From an uncultured archaeon (GTDB lineage Archaea > Asgardarchaeota > Lokiarchaeia > Sigyniarchaeales > SOKP01): a stretch of 64,000 nucleotides of DNA. Each line of letters begins with the position of its first letter. Positions within the stretch are counted from its first letter, which is position 1. Positions 44,501 to 54,412 of the stretch are shown here, piece by piece. Below the pieces are notes generated by a model. That model saw nothing but the letters and a program-made list of their open reading frames with translations. It made no database searches and was not told where the DNA came from. Where the stretch lies: the NCBI GenBank assembly GCA_964486045.1, contig CAZALK010000007.1, forward strand, positions 128,001 to 192,000, in the 5' to 3' direction. The position numbers and the translations under genes are program-made.

Positions 44501-45888
44501 CTCCAAAAATAACAAACCTTGGTGTATTTAATACAAGCGATCTTACAAGCCTCGGGTCAAATGTTACTCTATATTATGGCGAAGAACTTAATTTGACAAT
44601 TTTATACAACTCTTCAGACGTGATGTTGGAAGAGGCAGTAGTGACTTATGATTGGCAATTTGTTAATGATCCTGTTATAATAAATGAGACTATGGCAGGC
44701 TATTATTCATTTACACTTGATACTTTTATTGCAGATGTTGGTACATATCAGGTTAGGATAAGCGCTACAAAAGAAAATTATTCTGCTATCCAGAGCTATA
44801 GATTTGATGTTGTTATTATTAATAGACCCACTTCTCTTAATGGAGACACATCACTACATCATATATCAAAAATATTGTGGGTTAGACAAGCTTATAATTT
44901 CACATTTGAATATACTGATATCATATCTGAACCATATTTGAATTTAGACAATTTAGATCAAGCCTACTATCAATGGTATGAGGTAGCTGCCAATGGATCA
45001 ATTATTGGTGCAATTAGTAATAAAATTGATTTACTAGAAGGATTAAACTCTACATATATTTTAGATTTCAACACAGCTTCAAAAGACGTCGGAGATTATG
45101 CTATTTTTATAACAATGCAAAAGAACAATTACGATGTAAGGACCGCATTAATTGATCTAACAATTAAAATGAGAAAAATAACATTGAGTTTAACAGCTAC
45201 AAATTTAATTCAAAGTCAGATAAGAATTGATCAAGGTAGGAATATTCTTTTTGAGCTCTCCTTGATAGACTTAACAGAACCTTCAAATCCTCAATCGATT
45301 ACTGATGCCACAATTGTACTTACAATTGGTTCTCAACAATATGTGCTAACGGGTACTAACGATACTTACACATATACGTTTACAACAAGTAATATTAATA
45401 CATTCTTTGCACAACAAGTATTTACTGGAGAAATTAGCATTGTTAAGGACGACTATGTTTCAGAATCAATCGCTATCACAATTGTTGTAGAAATGGTTGA
45501 AATATTTCCGGGATTCCCATTGTTTTATTTTATAATGATTGTGACTTCTATTGCAGCAATCGTTGGAAGTCTTGTAGCATATCGTCTAATTCAGTTATCA
45601 AGAATACCCACATTCATTAAAAAAGCGAGAAAAATGAAGAAAGAAATCAAGGGAAAGAAAACTATTTCAGAATCACTTTTATATCCTTCTAAAGATGAAT
45701 ATATTGTGAAGCTGTTAGGAGATAGATGGGATGTATTAGGATTATCTCTGCAAAAGATTTTAGGTATTGAAGATAAAAAAAATATAAAATTGCCTGAATC
45801 AATATTAGAATCGAAGAAAGGCAAGAAAAAGAAGAATACATCCGAACCATCTATGGAAATTGAATATTCTAAGGAGGATGAATCCTAA
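41548..45888 (+). CDS. Giant cell-surface glycoprotein B (DUF2341-like + LamG/ConA + Ig-like stalk + TM)
   Basis: WWNRTFEFRKLINITN, LamG motifs FDGTDDW..WHFGSAVYDG..GLLDEIRFF, EIFPGFPLFYFIMIV TM; paralogue of 33679. Confidence 0.87.
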   Translation: MTKLKQISTRLISIGFLFIISLSSILTYLPLNSMNSQSINEDFNENTKNDLNTPTLNTIGSAQWWNRTFEFRKLINITNPHNEAFTNFIAKVEFNYTELVIAGNLNQSLKDIRIIENGNLRNYYIAQDFPSTDLATVWFETTISAGPNQLEQDTYMYYGNINATFASNYLMANNPDGFLWYKFEEIVNGEVIDYQGNHNATVNGAVLDVDSVVGSGSLSFDGTDDWLEIQDKYYNTRNGLTEFTVTAFFKTPGTGGYSSNWAIFDYDRSEHFNFYVRGDGGLGFSSFAYGWDETFNWDPNEDPYSDNNYDDFNTATTGLNDNQWHFGSAVYDGTDKILYIDDGVEDARNDNAHNGLGIGDNTLRYGIIGDGSEASQQPARPKVSGNSPDLNDIHYQGLLDEIRFFEESLSSERIKWIAKDYNLVVVLNEEQEKRASVVIIANDIDGRVVPGLEIYMYNPDFPLNEDYLGTTGEQGHLEFPDVNRTEYIITANYSISTGIQTFEEIVFNSTDYSITYDFLGDFHTVYINVSLWSIDFEIEDWNEDPMGYGYVLVYNKSDYTELIANITLNKEYGTQTFRWSNISQDAVYYYEVYYDNEDYVQQPNFINRSLVNRTVYLNNNLHIMPTILVNETNIHIAPIQKYAVEERVYATGSNSSEIGNIKIINTTIMLNNMDDDLDKLDIYSIDVNNNVSASPIYSEVYTSETTDTIEVNISELVDAYGLLIYVEGTNSTNFCNGTIDIIYTETYNQYVKANMSKLDINVFDDAGNWNPTYGNVFVKIINGTVGNPGDDIVTLLTTDLGAAKGVNNPTLSFWYYRGTRYNITLEYASTIREFNVSSDQYTTAPGVFLNRFNYTLDLFTTIEFRIRLSLANFKTEFQELVTEGTKEWGSNFTFSARFMSTEDALNPTPTWLPVIAPDFVNWEITDLLGDVVFGSGSMDSEGSGYYNYTINSGFLIGGQQYYFAVNGEKTGYQDPARVQLLFTVSPKITNLGVFNTSDLTSLGSNVTLYYGEELNLTILYNSSDVMLEEAVVTYDWQFVNDPVIINETMAGYYSFTLDTFIADVGTYQVRISATKENYSAIQSYRFDVVIINRPTSLNGDTSLHHISKILWVRQAYNFTFEYTDIISEPYLNLDNLDQAYYQWYEVAANGSIIGAISNKIDLLEGLNSTYILDFNTASKDVGDYAIFITMQKNNYDVRTALIDLTIKMRKITLSLTATNLIQSQIRIDQGRNILFELSLIDLTEPSNPQSITDATIVLTIGSQQYVLTGTNDTYTYTFTTSNINTFFAQQVFTGEISIVKDDYVSESIAITIVVEMVEIFPGFPLFYFIMIVTSIAAIVGSLVAYRLIQLSRIPTFIKKARKMKKEIKGKKTISESLLYPSKDEYIVKLLGDRWDVLGLSLQKILGIEDKKNIKLPESILESKKGKKKKNTSEPSMEIEYSKEDES

Positions 45889-46998
45889 ATGCCGATTGGA
45901 CTTGTCATTATGAAATGGGATGATAGGGCTGGTACGGAAATATTGGCTAAGTATCCAGAGGAAGTTGTACTAACTGAAAAAACGTTGATGCAAGTTTATA
46001 GTACTCATGAATATAGTGGTGAATCAGGGATGATTAGTTTAATGGTTGGGTCTTTGAACATCGCGTCTTACTATACTGGTCCAGAGAAAGGCTTCTATAT
46101 TCTCCTCCTTTTAAATTTAGATGATGATCCAGATTCGTTTGAGGAAGGATTAATAGACATTTCTCGGATCATATTAGGAAGCATAGAAGATGATGCCTAT
46201 CTTCAAATGATCCCATCACTATTTCAAAGATTATCAGTATATCCTACACTCAGTACTGAACAACAACTTGCAATTACTTATCAGGATGAGATAAAACGTA
46301 TGATAATCAAACGTTTAAGAGATGAAGGAGTAGTTTCAAAATCTGAACTGATGATTTGGTTAAAAGATAGGTACAAACAAGGTTTTATTGACGTAGAAGG
46401 AGTTTTGATGGAACTTATCAAACGTGAAATTGTCAAAGAAGCGTCTGTTAAGGGTATGCCTTCAGAATTGATCTTTCTAATAAAAGATGTAGTACTTATG
46501 CGCGTTCCGCCAGTAAAAATATTGAAAGACCCATCAGATCGAGGTTTACCAACTCAATTAGTAGAAAACTATAAAACCGATGCTCGGAATTTTTTTAAGA
46601 ATTATCGACCTTCAGAAGGAGATAATCTAAGAGTTTTAGATATTCTTACCAACCCACAGGTTTATGAAACTTTACGACTTTTAAGATCTGCCGTAGTTAC
46701 GAAGAAAGATCTGGCGAAACTTAGAAAGAAAGGTGTTGAAGATCTAGATGATGTATTAAAGATGCTCTGGGATACTCAAATGATCCAAGTTTTCCAAGAT
46801 GATAAAGGAAATGAATACTTTGCTCTGCTTTCAGATTTCCATTTAGATCTAATATTTCCGAAATATTTAATGAATGTTATTAAAACAGTATATAACCAGA
46901 AGTCTAAAGCAGATCAGGTTTTAATTGAATACTTGACAGTTCTCGAAAATTCTTACACTAATTTAAAAGCTGCATCGCAAGTAAAAGCTGAGGATTAA
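45889..46998 (+). CDS. Conserved Asgard protein, putative uDENN/longin-like (paralogue B)
   Basis: ATG abuts upstream TAA; GLVIMKWDDRAGTEILAKYP; long shared blocks with paralogue A (LNIASYYTG, VKGMPSELIFL, KLRKKGV). Confidence 0.7.
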   Translation: MPIGLVIMKWDDRAGTEILAKYPEEVVLTEKTLMQVYSTHEYSGESGMISLMVGSLNIASYYTGPEKGFYILLLLNLDDDPDSFEEGLIDISRIILGSIEDDAYLQMIPSLFQRLSVYPTLSTEQQLAITYQDEIKRMIIKRLRDEGVVSKSELMIWLKDRYKQGFIDVEGVLMELIKREIVKEASVKGMPSELIFLIKDVVLMRVPPVKILKDPSDRGLPTQLVENYKTDARNFFKNYRPSEGDNLRVLDILTNPQVYETLRLLRSAVVTKKDLAKLRKKGVEDLDDVLKMLWDTQMIQVFQDDKGNEYFALLSDFHLDLIFPKYLMNVIKTVYNQKSKADQVLIEYLTVLENSYTNLKAASQVKAED

Positions 46999-47099
46999 CT
47001 TAGTTATATTTATTTTTTCTATTTTTTATATCAAAATATTTTTGAATTGATTTGTATTAATCTCACTTAACATAATCAATAAATTAATGGGATATTCAT

Positions 47100-48419
47100 A
47101 TGGAAAAAAGTTGTGAACAATATTTAGACACCCCTGAAGCGATTGGTTTAGATGGTATCGACTTAGAGAAATATATAATAGCAAGTTTCATCATAAAAAG
47201 ACCGAAAGGACAAAATGTGAATTATTTGTCAAGATTTGCAGCAATTGAGCAATCTACAGGAACATGGGTCAGAGTCCCAGCTGAAACTGCTGAAGTCAGA
47301 AAGAACCATGTCGCAAGAGTATTAGGTGTTTATGAGATTCCTATGTATGAATATATGGTTCCAAAGGATATAAAGGAAAGGAGTTATTTCGTACAAATAG
47401 GGTTTCCTGTTATTAACGTGAAGAACAATGGTATACCAATGCTTTTAACAACTGTATTAGGAAATATTAGCATAACATATGGACTAAAATTAGTGGATCT
47501 CGCATTCCCAAAAAGTTATTTAGAAGATTATAAAGGTCCTAAATTTGGGATAGATGGACTTCGTTCACTATTGAAGATTCCTAAACGACCTTTACTTAAC
47601 AACATGATAAAGCCATGTACAGGGCACACCGCGGATGTAGCTCGAGATTTAGTTTATAAGGCAGCTGTAGGAGGTTGTGATATTGTAAAAGATGATGAAT
47701 TAATTTCCAATGCCATTTTTAATACTCTAGAGGAGAGAATAACTAAAGTAATGGAAGCAGTTGACAAAGCTGATTCAGAGAAGGGTGAAAAAACATTATA
47801 TACAATAAATATCACATCTAAATTCCCCGATATGTTTGAATACGCTGATAAAATGGTTGAATTAGGCGCAAATGCATTAATGATAAACTATTTAACAACT
47901 GGCTTTGAGGCGTTAAGGCAATTAGCAGAAGATCCCTCAATAAAAGTTCCAATACTAGGACACATGGATTTTGGAGGGACATATTTTGGTGGGATATGGA
48001 CAGGGATGACAAGTATGTTAACTTTTGCCAAGTTACCAAGGATTTGTGGTGCAGATACCGTCGTAATTCCGGCACCCTATGGTAAAGCGGACATTTTAGA
48101 CGAACGGTATGAACAGAATTTGAAAGCCCTTCGATTTCCGCTTCAACATATTAAACCAACTCTACCTATGCCATCTGGGGGAATTACACAAGGAATGGTA
48201 GAAAAATGTATGAAGGAAGCGGGTAATGATATTCTTATAGGAAGTGGGGGTGGTATTCATAGTCACCCAGACGGACCTATAGCAGGAGCAAAAGCCTTTA
48301 GACAGGCTATTGATGCAGTAATGCAGGGAAGAAAAGTAAAGGATGTAGCAAAAGAACATAAAGAGCTAGGGGTAGCTCTTGGAGTATGGGGGACCGGGAG
48401 AACAAAATTGATAGAATAA
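47100..48419 (+). CDS. RuBisCO-like protein (form IV)
   Basis: EQSTGTW, GPKFGI.G.R, DIVKDDE, GGGIHSHPDG; KPK changed to KPC and HRA to HMD, so not a true carboxylase. Confidence 0.9.
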   Translation: MEKSCEQYLDTPEAIGLDGIDLEKYIIASFIIKRPKGQNVNYLSRFAAIEQSTGTWVRVPAETAEVRKNHVARVLGVYEIPMYEYMVPKDIKERSYFVQIGFPVINVKNNGIPMLLTTVLGNISITYGLKLVDLAFPKSYLEDYKGPKFGIDGLRSLLKIPKRPLLNNMIKPCTGHTADVARDLVYKAAVGGCDIVKDDELISNAIFNTLEERITKVMEAVDKADSEKGEKTLYTINITSKFPDMFEYADKMVELGANALMINYLTTGFEALRQLAEDPSIKVPILGHMDFGGTYFGGIWTGMTSMLTFAKLPRICGADTVVIPAPYGKADILDERYEQNLKALRFPLQHIKPTLPMPSGGITQGMVEKCMKEAGNDILIGSGGGIHSHPDGPIAGAKAFRQAIDAVMQGRKVKDVAKEHKELGVALGVWGTGRTKLIE

Positions 48420-48560
48420 TTTTTTTTTTCTTTAATAATGGTATTCTAGAAGAAAATGTAGGTTTATTTCAAATAGTTTAATTTTTTTACCGATTTCAAT
48501 GGATATTCCTGAATTGAATTCACATTATTATTTCTAACCTAATTTGGTTTTATCATTAGA

Positions 48561-49751
48561 TTAGGAAAACTCAAAGGGGGGAAATTTACGTCGTTTTTTA
48601 AATTTATGTTCTAGGTTTACTCTTAATTTATTAAAAGGCTTTAGATTTCCTGAAAACGAGGTTTTCGTTGCTTCTTTAATTTTATTTTCTAATAGTTTCT
48701 CTACTTGCTCAACTTTTCCTAGATTTCCTTCTGATAATAAGGAAAGAAAGTAATCGTTTTGATATTTTTTAAATGTTATAAATCTATACTTTTGAAATCC
48801 AAGTTTTACCGCAATCCAACGAGGGATAGCTCCAGTATTTCCTTGAGTATTAGCTGCAATTGCCTCCATTCTTGCTGTTATCATCGATTCCTTCATCTCT
48901 CTTGCTTCTTCTGGGCTTTCAAATTCCATTTGTAATTCAGTAACTAACTCGTCTCCTAGTAATAATGATATTACTCCTATCGACATAGAAGATAAGCCAA
49001 GATAATCAATACGAATAGTATCTTCAACATATGGAATTTCTTGATCCGAAAATACTTTTTGTAGTTTCAGATATTCACTCAGAATAAATTTTGCTCGCTT
49101 CTTGAATTCTAGTTCAATTTGATACATCTCAAGTTTATCTAGCTTATTAACATCCTTACCTCTTGTTATTTCAGCATAATTATTTGACATTTGTTCAAGC
49201 AGCCATTTTCCTTTTTTATCAGGAAACCTTCCATATACAAGGTAAATTATTTCATTTTTGACAAAAAATTGGCATTTTTCTTCAATATTTTCTTCTTCGG
49301 TTATGAGGTGCATTTTATCAAGTTCACCACCTAAAACCCCTGTCGCAATTAGATCTAAGTTGTTTGTTAATTCAAGCAAATATTTTAGATTATCATTACT
49401 ACAAAATAGTTGTGTTCTATCTGTTGAAGTAATTCCCAGTAACTTTATATACTCACCCATAGTTAACGGGATGCTATCTCCCTCTAAAGATATATCTAAT
49501 GGTTTTTGTTTTACTCTGACTTTACCTTTGAATTTTGAAGATAGAGTAGTCGTTTTTGTTTCAAATTGCTTAGGTTGGGATTTATCAGACTTACTTACTG
49601 TCAACTCATACAATTTGGCCAAAAATTTTCGACACTTAGGGCACAAGAAATCCTTAGGAAAAGGTTTTATTATTGTATACCCACAAAATTGACATTCAAC
49701 TTCATTTTTTGCTTTATCTGAAGAGAATAAAACACTGGGATTCATTACCAA
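48561..49751 (-). CDS. Hypothetical protein with N-terminal zinc ribbon
   Basis: CQFC...CPKC followed by ~330 aa of unknown alpha/beta sequence. Confidence 0.7.
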   Translation of the reverse strand: MVMNPSVLFSSDKAKNEVECQFCGYTIIKPFPKDFLCPKCRKFLAKLYELTVSKSDKSQPKQFETKTTTLSSKFKGKVRVKQKPLDISLEGDSIPLTMGEYIKLLGITSTDRTQLFCSNDNLKYLLELTNNLDLIATGVLGGELDKMHLITEEENIEEKCQFFVKNEIIYLVYGRFPDKKGKWLLEQMSNNYAEITRGKDVNKLDKLEMYQIELEFKKRAKFILSEYLKLQKVFSDQEIPYVEDTIRIDYLGLSSMSIGVISLLLGDELVTELQMEFESPEEAREMKESMITARMEAIAANTQGNTGAIPRWIAVKLGFQKYRFITFKKYQNDYFLSLLSEGNLGKVEQVEKLLENKIKEATKTSFSGNLKPFNKLRVNLEHKFKKRRKFPPFEFS

Positions 49752-49790
49752 CTCGCCTAAGTTTTTAATTTTATAAATTAAATAATATTA

Positions 49791-50891
49791 TTACTTTAAA
49801 TATTTGTTTGCTATCTTTTGAAAAGCAGCTAAAAATTTATTATTGTCTTCAACGGATCCAATAGTCACCCTAATATAGTTATAAAGACCTGGTTTGCTAA
49901 AATGTCGAACGAGTATTTTCATTTCTTTTAAATCCCAAACAAATTTAAGAGTTTTTGATTTATCTTCAAATTTTACAAAAATAAAATTAGCATCAGAAGG
50001 TAAAACATCAATTCCTTCAAATGTATTTAATTTATCAGACAGTCTTTTTCTTTCTTCAATAATTTTTTTGTTTCTTTCAAATATTTGGTTATTGTGTTTA
50101 ATGCATGACAAAGCAGCAATTTGCCCTAAATAATTGGTATTATACGGTAATTTAACTCTATTCATTTCTTTTATAATGCTAGCATCGGCAAGAGCAAATC
50201 CCATTCTCAATGATGCTAAGGAAAAGCTTTTAGAAAATGATCTATTTACAATCAAGTTCTCTACCTTTCTTAATAAGGGAAGGCACGTTTGGCTAGAAAA
50301 ATCAGCATAAGCTTCATCAACAACGACAATACCTGGAAAGTTCCCACATAATTTAAGAATAGTAGCATTACCAATTGATTTTCCGTTGGGATTATTGGGT
50401 GAATTTATAAACATAAGTTTACCATGAGCATCATAAGCTGAATCTGGGATAGTAAAATCACTGTTTAACTGTATTTCAGTAATTTTGGCATCATAAAGTG
50501 TAGCTGTTACTTTATAAAATCCGTAAGTGGGGTAAAAAATAACTACTTCATCTCCCGGATCAATAAATACTTTAAAGATGACATCAAAAATCTCATCAGA
50601 CCCATTACCAACAAAGACGGAATTTCTATTTGTTAAGGTATTTTTATCTCGCAGCAGTACATTTAGGATTTCTTTACGTAATTCGAATGATGTAGGATCA
50701 GGATAAAGTCTTATATTTTCATTAATTGCATTTTTAATATCTGTAATTGTTTCTGGAATTGGTGGGAAAGGGTTTTCATTAGTGTTTAATTTGAGCCATC
50801 CGCTTTCTTTAGGCTGTTCACCGGGCTCATAGGCGGAATATTTCCTTAAATTTTCTCTTATTAATTCATTTAAGTCCATGTTAGTAACCAT
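49791..50891 (-). CDS. hisC: Histidinol-phosphate aminotransferase
   Basis: KLNTNENPFPP, GNGSDE, SPNNPNG, DEAY, RSFSKSFSLASLRMG. Confidence 0.96.
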   Translation of the reverse strand: MVTNMDLNELIRENLRKYSAYEPGEQPKESGWLKLNTNENPFPPIPETITDIKNAINENIRLYPDPTSFELRKEILNVLLRDKNTLTNRNSVFVGNGSDEIFDVIFKVFIDPGDEVVIFYPTYGFYKVTATLYDAKITEIQLNSDFTIPDSAYDAHGKLMFINSPNNPNGKSIGNATILKLCGNFPGIVVVDEAYADFSSQTCLPLLRKVENLIVNRSFSKSFSLASLRMGFALADASIIKEMNRVKLPYNTNYLGQIAALSCIKHNNQIFERNKKIIEERKRLSDKLNTFEGIDVLPSDANFIFVKFEDKSKTLKFVWDLKEMKILVRHFSKPGLYNYIRVTIGSVEDNNKFLAAFQKIANKYLK

Positions 50892-50962
50892 TAATTCTAA
50901 AAACTAGGTTTAAAGAGTGATTTTCTTAAAATCCAATAATTTAAGTATTTACATAATTAAAT

Positions 50963-52276
50963 TTAATTTTTATCTTTTAATCTTTCTTCGATTGATCTTT
51001 TATGAGAATAGAATCCTTCAAATTCTGATAATTTAATTGCAGTACTACTGAGTTTAACCAATCCATCTTTTTCACATTTTAGAACATCAATAGTTTTTAA
51101 GAAATCATACAAATTTAAACCTGAATAAGTTTTCGCACTTCCTCCCGTTGGTATCACATGATTTGTTCCAGCACAATAATCTCCTAAAGATACCGGTGAA
51201 AAAGGTCCTAAGAATACCGCTCCGGCATTAACAATTTTTTTTAATAAATTATTTGGCTCTTCTATCAAAATTTCAAGATGTTCTGGAGCAATTAGGTTAC
51301 TAATTCTCATACAATCTTCAGTATCTTCGGCTTTGATAATTAAAGAATTATTGAATAGAGCCTTCTCAATAATGTCTCTTCTATTTGAATTTACTACATA
51401 ATCTTCAATATTATTTTTTATCTGATTAATTAGATCTACAGAATCAGATACTATAATTCCGATATTGTCTGGATCATGTTCAATTTGAGAAAGTAAGTCA
51501 ACTATTACATAATTCGGATTAGCAGATTCGTCACAAATAATTAATATCTCAGAAGGTCCTGCGGGACTGTCAATAGCAATGTCATTTGATAGAAGTTGCT
51601 TTGCCGTATTAACCCAAATACTTCCTGGACCAATTACTTTTTGAACCTTTGGTATAGTCTTTGTACCATAAGCCATAGCGGCTATTGCTTGAGCACCCCC
51701 AACTTTAAAGATTTTTTTAATACCACATTCATTTGCAGCGACAAGAATTGCAGCTGCAATTTTATTATCTTGCTGTGGGGGTGAACACATGATAATTTCA
51801 TTAATCCCTGCAACGAAAGCAGGGGCAGCAATCATTAGAACAGTACTGGGGTAAACTGCTCTACCCCCAGGGATATATATTCCAAGAACATCTAATGGTC
51901 TATAGATTTGTCCGGCATTAACTCCTTTTTCTATTTCAATCATCCAATCCTCTCGAGCTTGAGCTTTATGAAATTTAATAAGATTTTCTCTGGCATATTG
52001 AATTGCCTTTATCAAATCTTCATTTATTTTTTCATACGCCTCAGAGATTTCATAAGCCTTGACTTGAATCTGTTCTGAAGATAATTCTACATTATCAAAA
52101 TCTTTAGTAAATTTAATAATTGCATCATCACCCCTTTCTTTCACCTCCTGAATAATTGAACTAACAGAATCTTGAACAGATTTATCTTGAGTAGTAGTGC
52201 GCTTAATATATTTTGTCAGAGTTTCCTCGTTAATTTGGTCTGAATTTATTACTTTAATTGAGGTCATTTTAATCAA
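50963..52276 (-). CDS. hisD: Histidinol dehydrogenase
   Basis: GIYIPGGRAVYPSTVLM, GGAQAIAAMAYGT, AGPSE, APEHLE, GDYCAGTNHVIPT. Confidence 0.97.
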   Translation of the reverse strand: MIKMTSIKVINSDQINEETLTKYIKRTTTQDKSVQDSVSSIIQEVKERGDDAIIKFTKDFDNVELSSEQIQVKAYEISEAYEKINEDLIKAIQYARENLIKFHKAQAREDWMIEIEKGVNAGQIYRPLDVLGIYIPGGRAVYPSTVLMIAAPAFVAGINEIIMCSPPQQDNKIAAAILVAANECGIKKIFKVGGAQAIAAMAYGTKTIPKVQKVIGPGSIWVNTAKQLLSNDIAIDSPAGPSEILIICDESANPNYVIVDLLSQIEHDPDNIGIIVSDSVDLINQIKNNIEDYVVNSNRRDIIEKALFNNSLIIKAEDTEDCMRISNLIAPEHLEILIEEPNNLLKKIVNAGAVFLGPFSPVSLGDYCAGTNHVIPTGGSAKTYSGLNLYDFLKTIDVLKCEKDGLVKLSSTAIKLSEFEGFYSHKRSIEERLKDKN

Positions 52277-52281
52277 TTTAA

Positions 52282-53262
52282 TTATTGTATATCTCCTAAA
52301 GGTAAAATCTGACGTGGCTCATGAACTACAAGGCCTTGAGCATATTTTCGTAACTGTGGAATTAAGCCTAAAAATTCATCTTTTTTAATAATAGTATTTA
52401 CAGCAAACCATCCTTCACTTCCAGCTAATTTTGAAATTGTTGGGCGTTTTAAGGCGGGAAGTTCTAGGAGAATTTTATTTAAGTTTTCTTCCTTTACATT
52501 CATGAAAATATGTAACTTTTTTCTTGCTTCTATTACTCCTTTTAGTAATACAAGAATATCTTTAATTTTTTCTTGTTTCCATTTATCCAACAAGGCATTT
52601 TTATTAGCTATTAAAACGGCTGTAGAGGTGTCGATTACTTCCACGATTTTCAAATTGTTGTCTTTTATCGTTGTTCCTGTGGATGTGTTGTCAATTATTA
52701 CATCAACCTCTTCTGGTGGCTTAGCCTCTGTTGCTCCAAAAGATAGGAAAATCTTAATTTTTTCATTTTCCCCCCATGATTTCCATGGAGTAATGACTAG
52801 AGGTGTTTTTTCACCGTAAATTTCTTTATATGTCTCATTTTCCCTTAAATAATTCATCGAAAGAGTCAAATATTCTGTTGAAATCCTCAAGGTTCTACCA
52901 TCCTCATAAAATTTTTTTATTATTTCATCTAAAGAATTCATATTCTCCCAATTACTAGGAACACAAAGGACAATCGAAACAGCACCTATTTCTAAATCTA
53001 ATAGGATTTCTACATTTGTATTAGTTTCTTTAACCCAATCAATTCCTGAGATCCCAAGATCAAATGTATTTTCCCCTAAAAGATAATTCGGTATCTCTTG
53101 GGGCCTAAGTAGTTTAATAGATATTTCTGGATCCCCAACAGTAGGCCGATAATCTCTTTTTGATGCGAATAAAAGTTTTAAACCAGCTCTTTCAAAAAAT
53201 GAAGCTACTGTATCTTGTAAACTTCCTTTCGGGATTGTAAATTTTAACACTCTTTCATTCAT
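52282..53262 (-). CDS. hisG: ATP phosphoribosyltransferase (long form)
   Basis: IPKGSL, RPQEIP, DLGISGID, GATE, TSTGTTIKDNNL, C-terminal regulatory domain. Confidence 0.95.
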   Translation of the reverse strand: MNERVLKFTIPKGSLQDTVASFFERAGLKLLFASKRDYRPTVGDPEISIKLLRPQEIPNYLLGENTFDLGISGIDWVKETNTNVEILLDLEIGAVSIVLCVPSNWENMNSLDEIIKKFYEDGRTLRISTEYLTLSMNYLRENETYKEIYGEKTPLVITPWKSWGENEKIKIFLSFGATEAKPPEEVDVIIDNTSTGTTIKDNNLKIVEVIDTSTAVLIANKNALLDKWKQEKIKDILVLLKGVIEARKKLHIFMNVKEENLNKILLELPALKRPTISKLAGSEGWFAVNTIIKKDEFLGLIPQLRKYAQGLVVHEPRQILPLGDIQ

Positions 53263-53459
53263 TAAACATCTATAAATATCGTATATATAATAATTTATTC
53301 ATTGAGTTTTTGAAGGAGTGTGAGAATAAAAAATTCAGACAATTGATATATAAATATTGTCGTAAAACTCAATTCTTAAATTTATGAAACCAATTATATT
53401 TATAGCAAAAAAACATGTATACTTAAAATAATATCTAGAGATTAAGGTTAAGATTTATT

Positions 53460-54314
53460 ATGTCGCAAAATCTCGCGCTTATGTTCACTGTAAAAACCGG
53501 TGGAGAAACTGAGGCAATTAATTGGAGTAAAGAATGTTTTATGGCGAATACTTCAATAATTGTGCTAGATGAAAGTTCTGAGGCACTTTTTTTATGGCAT
53601 GGCGTTCAACAAGGATTAGTTGCTCGAAGAACTGCTTTAAGGCAAGCTGAGGCATTAAAAGGTCATGGATACACCGTAGGAAGAAGCATTATTGGTAGGG
53701 ACATCAAAATAATAAAAGAGATTGATGCAAGAAAGGTAGGGAAAGTTCCGGAGGATACTGAATTAAATAATGAACTACAAGGAGTTTTGGGGAGAAATTT
53801 TACAGCATTAGACAACAATATTGTTACATTTCAAGCAGGCGCTAGTGCACCGAAAGTTGTAAAACAAAAGGTAAAAGAAGAACCGAAACCCAAGGCAAAA
53901 ATGGTACAAGCATCACCAACCACCAAGCCTGTAGTCCATGTAAAAGTTGCTACACCATCAAAATTTGCTGATGTTGGTTCTGAATATGAAGAAACAGAAC
54001 CATTGCCTAATATTAAGCCTCAACATAATCCATCTAAGCCAATACCCGCAATTCAAGTGTCTAAGTCAAGCTTGAATACTGATGCTAAGATATCTTTTGT
54101 CTTTAGCGCCATTTTAGAACATTTTAATGATATTTGGATTTCAAAGAAGTCTGATGGAAGTTTTTCTGTTGAAGAGATGGATGGGCCAATCTGTGTTTTT
54201 CACCTAAAAGAAGGGAACAAAATTAATTTTACTGCGGATAGTTTCAATAATTTGAATCCTAGCATCAAATTAGCTATACAAAAGAAATTTATCGAACTCT
54301 CAAAACTAATTTGA
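53460..54314 (+). CDS. Gelsolin-domain protein with Pro/Lys-rich linker and C-terminal domain
   Basis: IIVLDESSEALFLWHG....VARRTALRQAEAL fits the gelsolin repeat consensus (xLD....xxWxG......R.A...A). Confidence 0.7.
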   Translation: MSQNLALMFTVKTGGETEAINWSKECFMANTSIIVLDESSEALFLWHGVQQGLVARRTALRQAEALKGHGYTVGRSIIGRDIKIIKEIDARKVGKVPEDTELNNELQGVLGRNFTALDNNIVTFQAGASAPKVVKQKVKEEPKPKAKMVQASPTTKPVVHVKVATPSKFADVGSEYEETEPLPNIKPQHNPSKPIPAIQVSKSSLNTDAKISFVFSAILEHFNDIWISKKSDGSFSVEEMDGPICVFHLKEGNKINFTADSFNNLNPSIKLAIQKKFIELSKLI

Positions 54315-54412
54315 GAGCTCTTAAAACTAATATTTTTTATTATTATCCTTTTTATTATTTATTAGATTTTAGAATAGAACTAAAACGTAATTTTAGAATT
54401 CTATGATCAATT

